From Callorhinchus milii (Eukaryota): a stretch of DNA of 64,000 nt. The position numbers were made by a program, and so were the translations under genes. The notes under the pieces are model-generated. The model searched no databases. It was not told where the DNA came from and saw nothing but the letters and a program-made list of their open reading frames with translations. The stretch spans positions 102,798,001 to 102,862,000 of the forward strand of contig NW_024704742.1 of the NCBI RefSeq assembly GCF_018977255.1. The letters run 5' to 3'. This document shows, piece by piece, positions 24,245 through 36,992 of this stretch; the first letter of the stretch is position 1, and each line of letters begins with the position of its first letter.

Positions 24245-25010
24245 CAACAACAAGATTACATTTGTATAGTGCCTTTCACGTCGGGAGGACGTCCAAAGTG
24301 CTGGACTGTGTACAGCATTTCAGACCTGAGCTGGGGAGGAGGGAGGGGAAGGGGGGTGGCCAATGGCATGGTCGAAGAGGGGGGTTTTGAGGTGGGACTT
24401 GAAGGAGGCTAAGGAGGGGGCGAGGCGCAGTGGTTGGGGGCAGAGTGGCTGAAGGCTCCCCAGCCAATGGTGAGGCAGGTGGGTTGGGGGACGTGGAGCA
24501 GGCCGGAGCTGGCTGAGCAGAGGGGGTGGGCGGGTTGGTAGGGATTTAGGAGGTCATAGAGATAGGGTGGGCCGAGGCCATGGAGGGCTTTGTAGTTGAG
24601 GACCAGGATCTTGAACTGGATCCTCTGAAGGATAGGGAGCCAGTGGAGTCGGGCGAGAATGGGGAAGATGGGGATTATCTGCAGCCTGTGGAGGGAGGAG
24701 TTGGGAAGGCTGACAAGCAGGGCGTTTGCATAGTCGAGCCTGGAGGTGATGAAGGCATGAACAAGAGTTTCAGTGGCCTGAGGGGTGAGGTAGTGGCAGA
24801 GTCGGGCGATGTTACGGACTTGAGGGAAGGCAGAGTGGATCATGGCTTGGATGTGAGGAAGAAAAGACAGTTGAGGGTCGAACAAGACACCTAGGTTCCT
24901 GACTGGCTGGTGAGTTGTAGTGTGTAACCATGGAGGTTGATGCTGCCAGAGCCTGAGGTGCAGAGGTGCTGGTGCGAGCCGATCAGGAGGGCCTCAGTCT
25001 TGTTCACAAG
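24245..25010 (-). mobile_element. L2 3' fragment
   Basis: [37 protein letters not shown]. Confidence 0.9.
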
Positions 25011-25016
25011 CAATCT

Positions 25017-25334
25017 GTGGAGTCCTGTAGCTCAATGCTTAGAGCACTCGCTTTGCAAGTGAGAGACCTGAGTTCAATTCCAGGCAGGGCGAAACCTTGG
25101 GCAAGTTTCCTTACTCCACACGCCTAATAATAATCCCTCCAAAACCAAAAACAATAATAAATTGGTCATTTTCAATCTACGACTGTTTTTGGGACATTGC
25201 TGTGCGCAATTGGCTGCCGCGTTCGCCCACAAATATACAGTCAATTCACTTTACAGTATATTCTGTGAAGCGCTTTGGGACGTCCTCCCGACGTGAAAAG
25301 CGCTATATCAAATGCAAGGATTATTATTATTATT
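25017..25334 (+). mobile_element. Young full-length tRNA(Ala-like)-derived SINE
   Basis: A-box tagctcaatgct, TGC anticodon loop, B-box gagttcaattcc, L2-type tail, (tta)n; AATCT on both sides. Confidence 0.92.
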
Positions 25335-26574
25335 AATCTAGTAATGAGCAGATATAATATCACATTTAGTATTTATCAGTCCAATAGTACAGGTAATGTC
25401 CCGGAACGGTGTGAAATTTGGACTCAGTTGAACATTGCAGAAAGGTATGGGGTGCACTTCCACGTTTACGCAGATGACACCAACTCTTTCTCTCTGCCTA
25501 TAACCTTGATTCCAGGATCACTGCAATCTAATTGACTACTATTCAGACATGAATTGTGTGGATGAGTTCTAACTGTCTCCAGCTAAATGGCAGCAAGTAT
25601 AAAAATAGAAGGTTCATCACTCCAAAGTTTAGAGCTATAAGAAGAGCTTGGAAGTATTACGTGATTTGGGGGGAACTATTTTACTGGGTAGGGTGAGAAG
25701 AAAATACAATCCCATGAGAAAAACGGAGAAACATAGAGTGACCTAGACCACACTGGTTAGCACGGGTCAAAATAACCAAAAGACCAACCAGACACGTTTT
25801 TCAAAGGCAAGAAAGAAAAATTAGAGAGAACTAGGAGTTATAAAAAATTGCAGTTGAGGTTAACCAAAAGTAGTGTCAGAGCAAATAAGAGGGCATCAGA
25901 AAAACAGATTGCACACTGCAGCAAATTGGGTTTGAAAGAAAACATTCAAATATGTTTAACAATAGATGGAAAGTTATAGAGTTTTGTGAACGTTGCTAAG
26001 GATGCAGACCTCATTGGGCTCGTTTCTAAAGGAAGTTGAAACACAGTATTCTTACAGAGTACTTGCTAACGTTCACTCAACTCTGAAAGATGGTTATGTA
26101 GTCTGACTTTCCTGAATGAGCATGGTGCAAGATTATAGAAGAGAAAGGGGGACCACTGTTCAGTGCTCCATAGATGGAGTTGATGCATCTTTCAAAGGTT
26201 CACCGCTATTGGTATGTTGGGGTATAAACTCTACGATTCATGTCTATATATCCTAGTTAAACGTAATCATAAAGGATTGTTGCAACAGCCTCAGAGAATC
26301 CCAGTGCTCTGTATTCACACAGAATATTGGGTATCTCGAGAAAATTTCTTCCAACACTAAATTGGTCTCTGATTCACAAAACACATTTTGCATCATGTAT
26401 TCCAGATTAAGTGACAGTGGAACAGAGCCTAATTCACAACAGACATCAGGTGTAGTTGCATAATGCTCTTCTGTGGTTTGATTTTATGCTAAATAATTGA
26501 GGAAGTGAACATTATTTTGCAAAAAAGATCCAAAGGCATGTTGTGAAATCTGCTGTTGTGCAACACTACTCACT

Positions 26575-26895
26575 GTGGAGTCCTGTAGCTCAGTGGTTAG
26601 AGCACTCGCTTTGCAAGTGAGAGACCTGAGTTCAATTCCAGGCAGAGGGCGAAACCTTGGGCAAGTTTCCTTACTCCACACGCCTAATAATAATCCCTCC
26701 AAAAAACAAAACAATAATAAATTGGTCATTTTCAATCTACGACTGTTTGTGGGACATTGCTGTGCGCAATTGGCTGCCGCGTTCGCCCACACATATACAG
26801 TCAATTCACTTTACAGTGTGTTCTGTGAAGCGCTTTGGGACGTCCTCCCGACGTGAAAAGCGCTATATCAAATGCAAGGATTATTATTATTATTA
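26575..26895 (+). mobile_element. Young full-length SINE
   Basis: Near-identical to 25017-25334. Confidence 0.92.
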
Positions 26896-26964
26896 CAGTT
26901 TATGAACAGATAGGTTGCCATATTATTACCATGAACAATTTGCCTTTTGTGTGGCTTCTGTAAG

Positions 26965-28196
26965 TCCTCATGTGACTATCTTCCTCGGTCATTCTTCTCC
27001 CCAGCTCTCTCTCCTCCACTCTCAATTCCCTTGCTCCCCTCTCTTCCCAAACCGTCTCTTATACACGCAAGTCACCATGGTACACCAGCCACCTCTTCAC
27101 GATCCCCTCCAATCAGGTTTCCATGCCACCCACAACACAGAAACAGTGAGGAGTTCCTCAGGGCTTCCTCAGTCCTTGGTCCCCTCCTCTTCAATATGCT
27201 CCCTCTCAGTGAAATCATCTGCAGACATGGGGTCAACTTCCCCATGTATGCAGATGACACCCAATTCTATCTCTCTGCCTTCACCCTTGACTCCAGACCC
27301 ACTGCTGTGCTGACAGATTGTCTGTCAGACATCAAGTCCTGGATGAGAGCTAACTTTCTTCAGCTGAACATCAACAATACCGAGGCTCTCCTGATTGGCT
27401 CCGGTCAGCGCCTCCACACCTCAGACGCTGACAGAATCACCATCCATGGTTGCACACTCCACCTTGCTAAGCCAGTTCAGAACTTTGGCGCCTTGTTTGA
27501 CCCTCAACTATCCTTTCAACCCCACATCTGCGTCATGACCCGCTCTGCCTTCCTCGCCTCCACAACACCATCCGGCTCTGCCACTGAAGGCCACCGAAAC
27601 CATCATACACGTTTTCATTACATCCAGGCTTGACTATGCAAACTCCCTGCTTGTCGGCCTCTCCAACTCCTCCCTCTATAGGCTGCAGATCATCCAGACT
27701 TCTGCATCCTGTTACCTCTCCTGCACCAGGCTCCGTGACCCTATCACCCCCATCCTCGCCCGACTCCACTGGTTTCCCATCACACAGAGGATACAGTTCA
27801 AGATCCTGGTCCTCACCTTCAAAGCCCTCATGGTCTTTCTCCCCCTTACCTCTGTGACTTCCTAACCCCCTACCACCCTGCTCACTCCCTCCGCTCAGCG
27901 GGCTCCATCCTGCTTCACGTTCCCCGCCTTACTTGCCCCACTATTGGCGGGCGGGCCTTCTACCTCTCTGCCCTGACCTCTGGAACTCCAGCCACAGCCC
28001 CTCCATCTCGCCCTCTCCCTCACCACCTTCAAGACCCTCCTCTTCGACTGTGCTTTTGATCTCCCTGCTTCCCCTCCCTGCCCTCCACCCTCCTGACCCC
28101 GAACCCCAGCTTGGTCCAAAACTCTTGTCGGTCCAGTGCCTTGGGACATCCTCCTGATGTGAAGGCTGCTATACAAATGTAATTTTGTTGTTGTTG
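26965..28196 (+). mobile_element. L2 fragment (RT to tail) with internal deletions
   Basis: [24 protein letters not shown], tail. Confidence 0.88.
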
Positions 28197-30574
28197 TATT
28201 AATTGTTCAGTTAAATACCATCAACAGAAATATTAATGAATTCAAGTCCTCAAGTATCGCTCTCATACTGTGATATCAAACCTTCTTGTGTTCTGGTGTC
28301 ATAAAGTTCTATACCAAACTTATGTGGAGTCAATACCCTGAGGAAGAAATTGAAAGGGAAAAATAATAACTTACAAAACAAATTGTTTACTGTTAAGCTG
28401 AAGGACGTGGGAGACCTTTTGAACAGAAAAAANGAGCTTCTGCTCTGCCTTTGACAGGCTACTGGAGAGTGTTGCTCTCCTCAGCGACACTGAATAGATG
28501 CTGCATGAGGGCATACTTGGAAAGAGCATTTCCCACAGTTACTAATGCACAAAACACATGGATATGGAGAACAAAAAGCATCTTTATGCATAGAACCAAA
28601 AAGGCCTCCAATAAGCATCAGATTGTAATATATATGACTAAAAATGAGTGGTGCAATTGTATCTATTTTAATGTGTCTGACAACAAATGAATAATGCTTG
28701 TGCGTATCCTCTGATGTAAGAGCTGATGCACTATATTAGCACCTTTTGCAATGGAGTGCTGAACATATCTTTGAACAGATTTATTGTGCTAATGAACACA
28801 CCAAATCTATTTAGAAACATGCCAATTTTCCCAGATACTGTTTGGCCATCAATTGCTAAGCCACAAACTCTAGCCCAGTGTCCGTTAAATAGTAAGATAT
28901 ATCTTGATACAGTGATGGCAGTGCACTGATGATTTTCCACAGCTTGAGCTTTTCCTCGTATATTTTGTTTGGATAACATCTGAGTGATATGTCAGTGCCC
29001 TGTCACCAAAGCTGAAACAGTCTGGAGCTAGAGCTAAGATGTACTCTGCCCAAAAGGCAAAAATCTATTTTTATTAATCTTTATGAATAGGTTTTGAATT
29101 CGCATTAACTGTAGGCCAAGAACAGCAGCTAGCATTTTTGTTGTACACTACTATATCGTTTTCATTGCCCTTTACTATTCTGTATTGATCAGTTGGCTAT
29201 CACAGAAATAAATGGACTGAATGCCGATTCGCAACATTTAAACAGAAAGGCAGGGAAAATACTAATTACAGGATATAAATTGCCATTATATCTTCTTATT
29301 CTTGGTCATTACATGTTAAAGTAATTTCATTGGCATTTGAGTGAGTTGCCAAAGTAAAACCATGGGGATTTTTGCCTAGTGTAATTTCACCTCAATTAGA
29401 AGGGAAGCTTCGATAATCCTGTTTACAGCTGTTGTGGCTAGAACAGCGTTTTACTAAGAATGATGGATTCGTACATACAATAACAAGTCTGAGGCATTCA
29501 GGCTCCAAGGCACTCGAGAGCCAGTGAGTTAGACTGCTCTACATGGGGGTAATGTAACCACACATTTACTGCTGAATGTGGTAAGTTACACTGATGGTTA
29601 CCCAATACTTGCGGTAATGACTCTGAATCTCTGTGGTCCAAATATCACATTTTCCGTGAAATACATCAGGTTTTGCAATAGATCAACTGAACCCTAGATT
29701 GTCACAAAGGAAATTCCTGCATCCTGGCAGGAAATTAGTGAGAACTCTTTTCAGGTCAATGAAACATTGAAACACACGCTATTGGAGAAATTCCACCCTG
29801 GTCTAGATTTAGCTCTGTTTTTGCAGCATTTTAGGGTGTCCAGAATTTGGAAAATTCTTGGATTCAGTGTCAGCTTAGAAGCCTGTTTTCTGTAGCTCTT
29901 AATAAAATAACTTAGAGAAAAACAGTTTCAAAATTAAGGTTGCGTTTACATTTATACGCTGCAGAAATAAGTGTAACAATAACAAGAACAATAAAATTTC
30001 ATTTGTAAAGCACCTTTCACATTGGGAGGATGTCCCAAGGCACTGAACAGTCAGGGATCGGGACCTGAGCGTTTGGTGAGGAGCAGGGTTTTGGTTAGGG
30101 AGGACAGAGATGTAGGAGGGTGGCTGAAGGCACGTTTGAAAAGTTAATCTGGACCTAGGTGAAATTTCTTCCCAGATATTTTGCAACAAACCTATTCAAA
30201 TCTCTGGAGCTTTTTCAAACTGCAATAATAATCTCATACTTTTAAAATAAACATTTGAAATACCACTTTAAATTTAAAAAAGGGAAAACTTTTTTTTTGG
30301 CTTGCCCTGCTTTCCTTTCTTCTATCTATTGTCTTTCCTTCCACTTGTTCATTTACTTTATTTTAACTTTAGTTTCTACTACATTTCTATCAAATGTACC
30401 TATTTCCATCTAATCCAATATTTAGTTTTGAAATGCTTTTCTTCCCAGGTTTCATTGTCTACTTTAAATTAGATATAAATATCAAATGATTCCCAAATAT
30501 CATCTTTGATATTAGTTTTGCATTAATATGAATCGACTGTGAAACATACAATACAATTTAATACAGATTTATAT

Positions 30575-30950
30575 TCACCTAATGCCTTTCACATTGGGAG
30601 GACAGCTCAAGGCACTTAACAATACTAGCTTGACACCCGAGGTGGCAGTGGGAGCTGAGGTGGGTGGGGAGACAAAAAATGACCATTGACCGTAGAAGTA
30701 GATCTTGAGATAGACATTGAACGAGGGAATCGGAAGGATTCGGGGCATGGAGTTCCAACGAATGGGGGTAGAAAGACTAAAAACCTACCAAATTGTGGGG
30801 TGGGCAGGGCAAGGACATGGAGCAGATTGTTGCCTGGATTCGTAAAGTTTGAGGAAGTCACAAAGGTAGGATGGAGCAAGACCATGGAAGGATTTAAAGG
30901 TGAGAACGAGAATTTTGAACTTGATCCTCTGGGTCCGTGGATGCAGGTGA
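30575..30950 (-). mobile_element. Degenerate L2 3' fragment
   Basis: [23 protein letters not shown]. Confidence 0.75.
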
Positions 30951-31329
30951 TAGGCTTGCAGAGCCATACAACAATAGACCTTTTATACTATTAATTCCTG
31001 AAACAATTTAACCTCCTTAGTTTGTCAAACTCACTTACCTGAGATCAATGAATCATTTTCTTCTGCAGCTTTCAGTTCTAGGACGTGGCTGGAAATTTGG
31101 GCAGGTGAAACTTTAATAATCATAATCAGCTTTCCTCAAGGTCACAATTTTCATGGTCACAATCAATTTGATATGTTATGGTTGCAGCTGAGAAAATGTT
31201 TGGGAAGATTAGTGGAGGCTGGAGATAAGCTACATTAATAAAGCCAAAGGAGAGTAAAAAAAAGCGAAACAGGGGAATGAGTACAATAAAAAGAACCTGG
31301 AAGAGAGGAAACCATTCAGGACAGCAGTA

Positions 31330-31800
31330 TAGTAAAACTCACATAAATCGCAGCAGTCGGGTCTATAACATTTAATATAATTTATGTGAAGTCCAGGTTA
31401 CAGGCAAACTGTATAAATCATATAAAATTGGTTTTAATCAATAATCTACATTGCGCGTACATATTTCAATGCAGCTGGCAATTGCGCATGAGGTGACGGG
31501 TCAAGACTATGTTTCCCGCCTTGACCCGTCGCCGAATGCGCACTTACTGACAAGCATTGGAAACGCATGGGGCGATGGATCAAGACTACGTTTCCTGTGA
31601 TTCAATGCAGCCAGTAAGGTCGGGTGTAAATGGAGGATAGGGGAGCAGTGTTACGAGTTAGGAGCTGATTTACTTTATAAAATACGACTTTTGCAAAGAA
31701 ATCTAAGAGGCTTTGATAGGAAACTGAATGGGACTTGGGTGCATGTATGACCTAGGCAATTATACGATTGATAAAAATAAGACTTATGAAAGTTTTACTG
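31330..31800. mobile_element. Tigger/pogo-type MITE (471 bp)
   Basis: TIRs (t/c)agtaaaactcacataa / ttatgaaagttttactg, flanked by TA on both sides. Non-coding. Confidence 0.8.
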
Positions 31801-33387
31801 TACTGTTTTAAAATCAGTTAATTGATGAATAATAGCTGCTAGTAGGTGTTGACTAAACAGGGAGTCTTTGTCATGTTGAATATACTATGGAGCAGAAGAC
31901 AAAAAGAGAGAGAGGAAAAGAGAGATAGCAGTGAAGACAGAAAGAGAGAGGCAGACTGAGTGAGAAAGAGTTGAAGAGAGTGGAATTCAAAGAGAGAGTG
32001 CGAGACTCAATTAATTATTACCAATAAGGACTGATACTAGGAATCCAGTTTATATCTATAGCATTATTGAAACATAATGTTAGTATACAGTAATAGCTGA
32101 TAATGTTTCAATGTTGAACTACTAGTGTGTAGAAACAAATTTCGAAGACATGCAGTTTGAGTAATCACTGCCTGTGGTAAGAGGAACAGATGGATACAAA
32201 CTGTGCTGAGAACTGGTAAAGAGTGCACCCTCCACGCTAAATGGAAATTTCCCATGTATATTTTCGAAGGTGCTGTGTATATGTGGAGGAAACCTGATAA
32301 TCCTTGCCTTTTTTGATTTGCAGTGGTGTAAATCTTGCTACAAGCAAACCCCATTGTAGTTTGACAATTGTAACTGACTTCTAATTGTTGAGGGTGTCCA
32401 AAGTACTTGGCAGGATATTGGCTGAAACATGCATAAATTAGAAGAGAAAACGTACCAGCTGCTGCACACAAATACCAAGGGAGAAAGAAGATTAGTTCAT
32501 GAGAGGAACACATTAACGCAAAACCAGATGCAACACAAGACAATAAGCAATCTTAGATCCCTGTCCAAGTGAGTGCGTGTAAACTCTGTAACTGAATGTA
32601 ACATACCTTACTTAACCCTGACATTCTGCAGGCAACTCAACATGTTTGACCAAGTTGTTTTGTCAAATTTTCCAAAGTAAAACCACATGTTAGGGGATAA
32701 GAGTATAACTGCGTGTGAGAGCTTTGTTAATGGTGGGTAACTGTTTCAACCAGAAAACATTGAAAGGATGAATAAACCAGGATGTGTGCAATGATGTGCT
32801 TCTGAATATACGCCACCTGCTTTGTGCCCTTTTCAGAGCATTGCAAGATTGGACCTAGTGTATGTAACATAGAGCGGCTTTAATCACTTAAATATACATC
32901 TCAGTAATATGAATTAGCAACTTCTAACAAGTTCCACGAAGAAATTGGCCATAAATGCACACTGGCTTATTGCAGCTGTTTACAATTGGAGTATTCTGGC
33001 ACAGTAGGAGGTCATCAAATAAGGAAGATAATACAGAATATCCCTTGAGCGTTTGTGGGAGCATTAGTGTAGGTAGTTCTGGAGTAACAAGAGGTCCTGC
33101 CTGGGGCTTAGGAAGGCCCCACAACATATTACAGAGGAAGGAAGAGTGGGAGGAGGTAACCTCATGGGTCAACTTGGTCTCTCCCACTTGGAGGACCTCC
33201 TTGAGCGATCATGAAGAAATGTAATAATATTGACAAGAGAAAAGTTAGCAATTCAGTCATTGGACCTTCCAATCAGCAATGTCTCGGTAGACTGTGCATA
33301 AAATGCTTTGATGAACACCTGCTGCATTACTAAGGGGAATTAGTAAATTGGGAGTTTTGCAAACAGTATTATGCAATGTGGAAAGTC

Positions 33388-34100
33388 AACAACAGCAAAT
33401 TGTATTTAAATAGTGCCTTTCATGTGGGAGGAATTCACAAGACACTGGACAGTCGAGGGTTTGCATCAAAGTTGGGGATTGGATTTGAGAGGGGTGGGAG
33501 CCAATGGAGTGGAGGTGATAAGGTGACCAAAGGCACGGTCAAAGTGAAAGGTCTTAAGATGGACCTTGAAGGAGGCAAGGAAGGGGGCGAGACAAAGGGA
33601 TGGAGTTCCAGAGGATGGGAGGGAGAAAGGCTGAAGGCTACTAATGGTGGAGTGGGCAGGGTGGAGGACGTGAAGCAGGCCAATATCTGCTGAGTGGAGA
33701 GTGAGGGCAGATTGGAATGGTTTTAAAGCCCACAGAGGTAGGTTGGGGCAAGACGTGAAGGCCTTAAAAAGTGAGGATGGGGAGAACTTGAACTCAATCC
33801 ACTGGTGAGGTGGAATGTGGATCCATGTAGATTGATGCTGATTGAGGTGAGAAGGTGCTGGTGAGAGCCAAGCCGGAGAGCCTCTGTCATATTGATATTC
33901 AAAATCACTTATCCAAGACTTAATATCCGTCAGGCAATCAATCAGTGCAGCAGTGGTCCTGGAACCAAGGATGAAGGCAGAGAGATAGAGTTGGGTAACA
34001 TCTCTATACATGTGCAAATTAACCCCATTTCTGCAGATACATCACTGAGAGGGGCATGTAAATATTAAAGAGGAGAGGACTGAAGATAGAACTCAGAAGA
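33388..34100 (-). mobile_element. Degenerate L2 fragment
   Basis: HMYRDVTQLY..CLTDIKSW..FKVHLKT. Confidence 0.75.
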
Positions 34101-34779
34101 ACGCTCCACATATATATTCATTATATCACTTCATATTCTAGGATTATTTTCATTAATGCATTTTTTTGTCAATTCTATTTTACAACTCCATAATAATAAT
34201 AATAATAATCCTTGCATTTGATATAGCAAAGAAAGCATTAATATTAACACTGACAATTATTTGATCTCTTTTTAAACATAACAACTAGGATTTATAAAGT
34301 GCCCTTCATTAGGGGTGGAGTCTTGGAAAACTGAATAATGGCGTAGTTTGACACCGAGCCTGGGAGTAAGCGGAGGTGATCACAGGCACAGTCGAAAAGG
34401 AAAGTCATCAGGTACAAGTTGACATTTAATCTGAAGTTGCAAAGGCTGGCTGAAGACATGATGCTCTGCTAAAGAGGGATATTAAAGGATATGTGGAGTG
34501 AACAGGAGAGTTTTTGCAGGATAGGGATTACATTAGGTGCCTCCCATGTTAATCCTGCAAGCCAAAAGATAAAAAGTAGGGTGCCAGCATTACCCCAACA
34601 CTCACTATGGGGTCTACAAGCTCTTGCCAATGGAATCTAATACTTTCCATGATTAGGTGAGCGGGGTGCGTACTTCCAGAAAGATAAATTGCATTTCATT
34701 CCAAGCAGATGGTTTGGATATTCTTAAGCATAGCAATAGGTTTCTTTGCATATGTATTCCATTCCAGACACAGGGAAAT

Positions 34780-35436
34780 TTACAATGCTCGATAGCAGTG
34801 AGTAAGGAAACCCAGATGCTGGGTTGTATTAAAAGGGAAATATTGAGCCAAAATAGTGGGGAATCCTGACACGTTATAAATCATTGGTGACTGCACTTGG
34901 AATACTGTGTGCAGTTCTGGTCACCACAAAAGGGATATTGCAGCGATTGAGAGGATACAGAGGAAGGCAACCAAAATGATTGAGGGGATGGAGGGACTGG
35001 ATTATGAGGAGCAATTAGATAAACTGGGCCTGTACACATCAGAGAAGAAAAGGTTGAGGGGCGATATTATTACAGTCTTTATGATTCTGAAGGGAATAGA
35101 TAGTATAGACTATGATAAGCTGTTTCATCTTGTACTGAACAGTAGAACAAGAGGACACGGCCTGTGATTGAAGGGGAGTAAATTCAGAACAAATCTGCGG
35201 AAATGCTACTTCAGTGAGCGAGTAGTAAACTTATGGAACAGGCTCCCTAGGGAGACAGTGGAAGCAGAAAATGTTGTTTGTTTCAAGAACAAATTAGATA
35301 GATTTCTGCTAGAAAATAATATCTTGAGATACAGTGTATAGTTTGGGACATGACATGTCAAGCAACTGCCAGGAGAGTGGAAGGCAAACTAGATGGACCT
35401 TGATCTTCTTTCAGCTAGCAAATTCTTAAGTTCTTA
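34780..35436 (+). mobile_element. CR1 3' end
   Basis: IERIQRKATKMIEG..LRGDII..TRGH, WNRLP, ttcttaagttctta tail. Confidence 0.85.
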
Positions 35437-36860
35437 TAGGTGGTGTACATATGTGGAACACTGTGTTTAAACTTTTGGTTTGGTTATTTTTAAACACAGT
35501 GATTGGTTTCCACATGTGTCAGACACCAGGCTGACCAAACAATAAAATCAATAAAAAATTAAATTAAGTGAGAATTTCTTTTTATGGGTGCTCCAATTCA
35601 TATTATATTTTAATGAAAAGAAACATCATTCATCTTATACCAGACTGCTGGGAGCTTTTCCTCAACAACTCACATATTTAATACTGACTACAGCAATGGT
35701 GACCAACCTTTATGATTGGCCAACAGAACACATTTCTTGATTGAATATTCCTTGATTTATGGCATAAATCAAGAAATATTCCATCAAGAAAAAAACTGCA
35801 AATACACAACTAATGGAACACGGGCTTAGCTTGACCTGTGCAAATGTTCAGGGGTCCGTTGTTTGATGGCCCTGCAGGCCACTTCCAGCCCACTACAAAT
35901 TAACAGGACAGCTTCGAAGAAAAGGAAGATAGCAATAGCTAATAGGAACATAGAAAAACAAAAAATAGGAGGAAGCTATTCAGCCCATCAATCCTGGTTC
36001 ATCAGTTTATTATATCTTGGCAGTGCTTTTAATCTCAATGTCCTGCCCGTTCACCAAACCCCTTAATACCTCTACTGCCCAAGTATCTGTCTGTCTCTGT
36101 TCTAAACATTCCTATTGACTCCACCTATGTAACTTTCTGCAGCAGAGCATTCTCCTTCAAACTGTACTTCAATGAGGTCAAATGGAGAAGCACTTCTTTA
36201 CTTTTACATTCCAGATTTTAAAAAAAAGGCAGCATCCCATTTGTTTTATTGACTGCCTTTTTTTGTAAAGTTGTCAAACACCAGGACAAGTTGTTTTAAA
36301 CATGTAAAGGCTGACACAAACAAACCATTCCAGTCAGAGTGGCCAATGTTAAGAGTCCTAACAGTCCTGTATGTTAACAGCTCAGCCTTTCTCGCTTTCT
36401 TTGCTAATGTGTTTTAAATTTTTGTCAGTCTGTCAGCTTTAAGTGATATGATTCACAACAACTGCTTGTTTTATGCACCACTGAAAAAAATAATCTGCAT
36501 TTTGTATTATTGCCTTATTATGTTCAAATGTTTCAAGTGTTTTAGAAGTACAGTAATTGCTGTGAAGTATAGCAACTTTATTTGTAGGTAACTTTGAAGC
36601 CATTTGTACCAAATGCCCTCAAATACCCATGAAGTGAATAACCAATTACACCAGGAGAAACTCCTGTCTCTTATCAAATGGTGACATAGAACCTTCAACA
36701 TCCACTTGATGAACCAGCAAACAAAACCACACCTTAACATCACATCTGAAAGATGGCATCTCCAACAATGCAGCACCTCCCCAGTACTGACTGGATTGTC
36801 AGTCAACACTAAGAGCTCAAGTCCTGATCATCTGACTCAGAAACAAGAAAACTATCAAAT

Positions 36861-36992
36861 GGCAAAATACTGCAGATGCTGGAAATCTGAAATAATAACA
36901 GAAGTCGCTGGGAACACTCAGTAGGTCAGGCAGCATCTATGGAGAGAGAAAAGCGAGTTAACATTTCAGGTCGATGACCTTTCATCAGAACT
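36861..36992 (-). mobile_element. Penelope-like terminal repeat fragment with hammerhead-like core (36956-36992)
   Basis: Minus strand AGTT-CTGATGA-A-AGGTC-ATC-GACCT-GAAA-TGTT-AACT followed by ctctctccatagatgctgcctgacct.ctgagt.ttcc.agc, a repeat typical of cartilaginous fishes. Confidence 0.65.

Larger units (their letters stand above)
20446..33190 (-). pseudogene. Decayed multi-exon KIAA0825/DUF4495-like gene
   Basis: Colinear minus-strand fragments resemble KIAA0825 from N- to C-terminus: about 33.0 kb LPQTLKGYSVLSSLFDDL..QN; about 32.1 kb CLRNLFLHTSSSTLKHYQ; exon 31039-31296 FINVAYLQ; about 29.7 kb NVSLT*KEFSLIS..SFVTI; 28520-28640 SYILQSDAYWRPFWFYA*RCFLFSISMCFVH**LWEMLFP; about 26.3 kb IFSRY..EHWDSL; exon ending 23726 VWAFLSGR|gtaagt. 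Many stops and frameshifts, with SINE/L2 insertions inside exons. Confidence 0.6.

Noticed and set aside
25017..25090. tRNA genes at SINE heads and at the tRNA-Ser matches
   Set aside because: The heads run into SINE bodies without a proper acceptor stem. The Ser matches are 18-20-nt PBS sequences that include the CCA.
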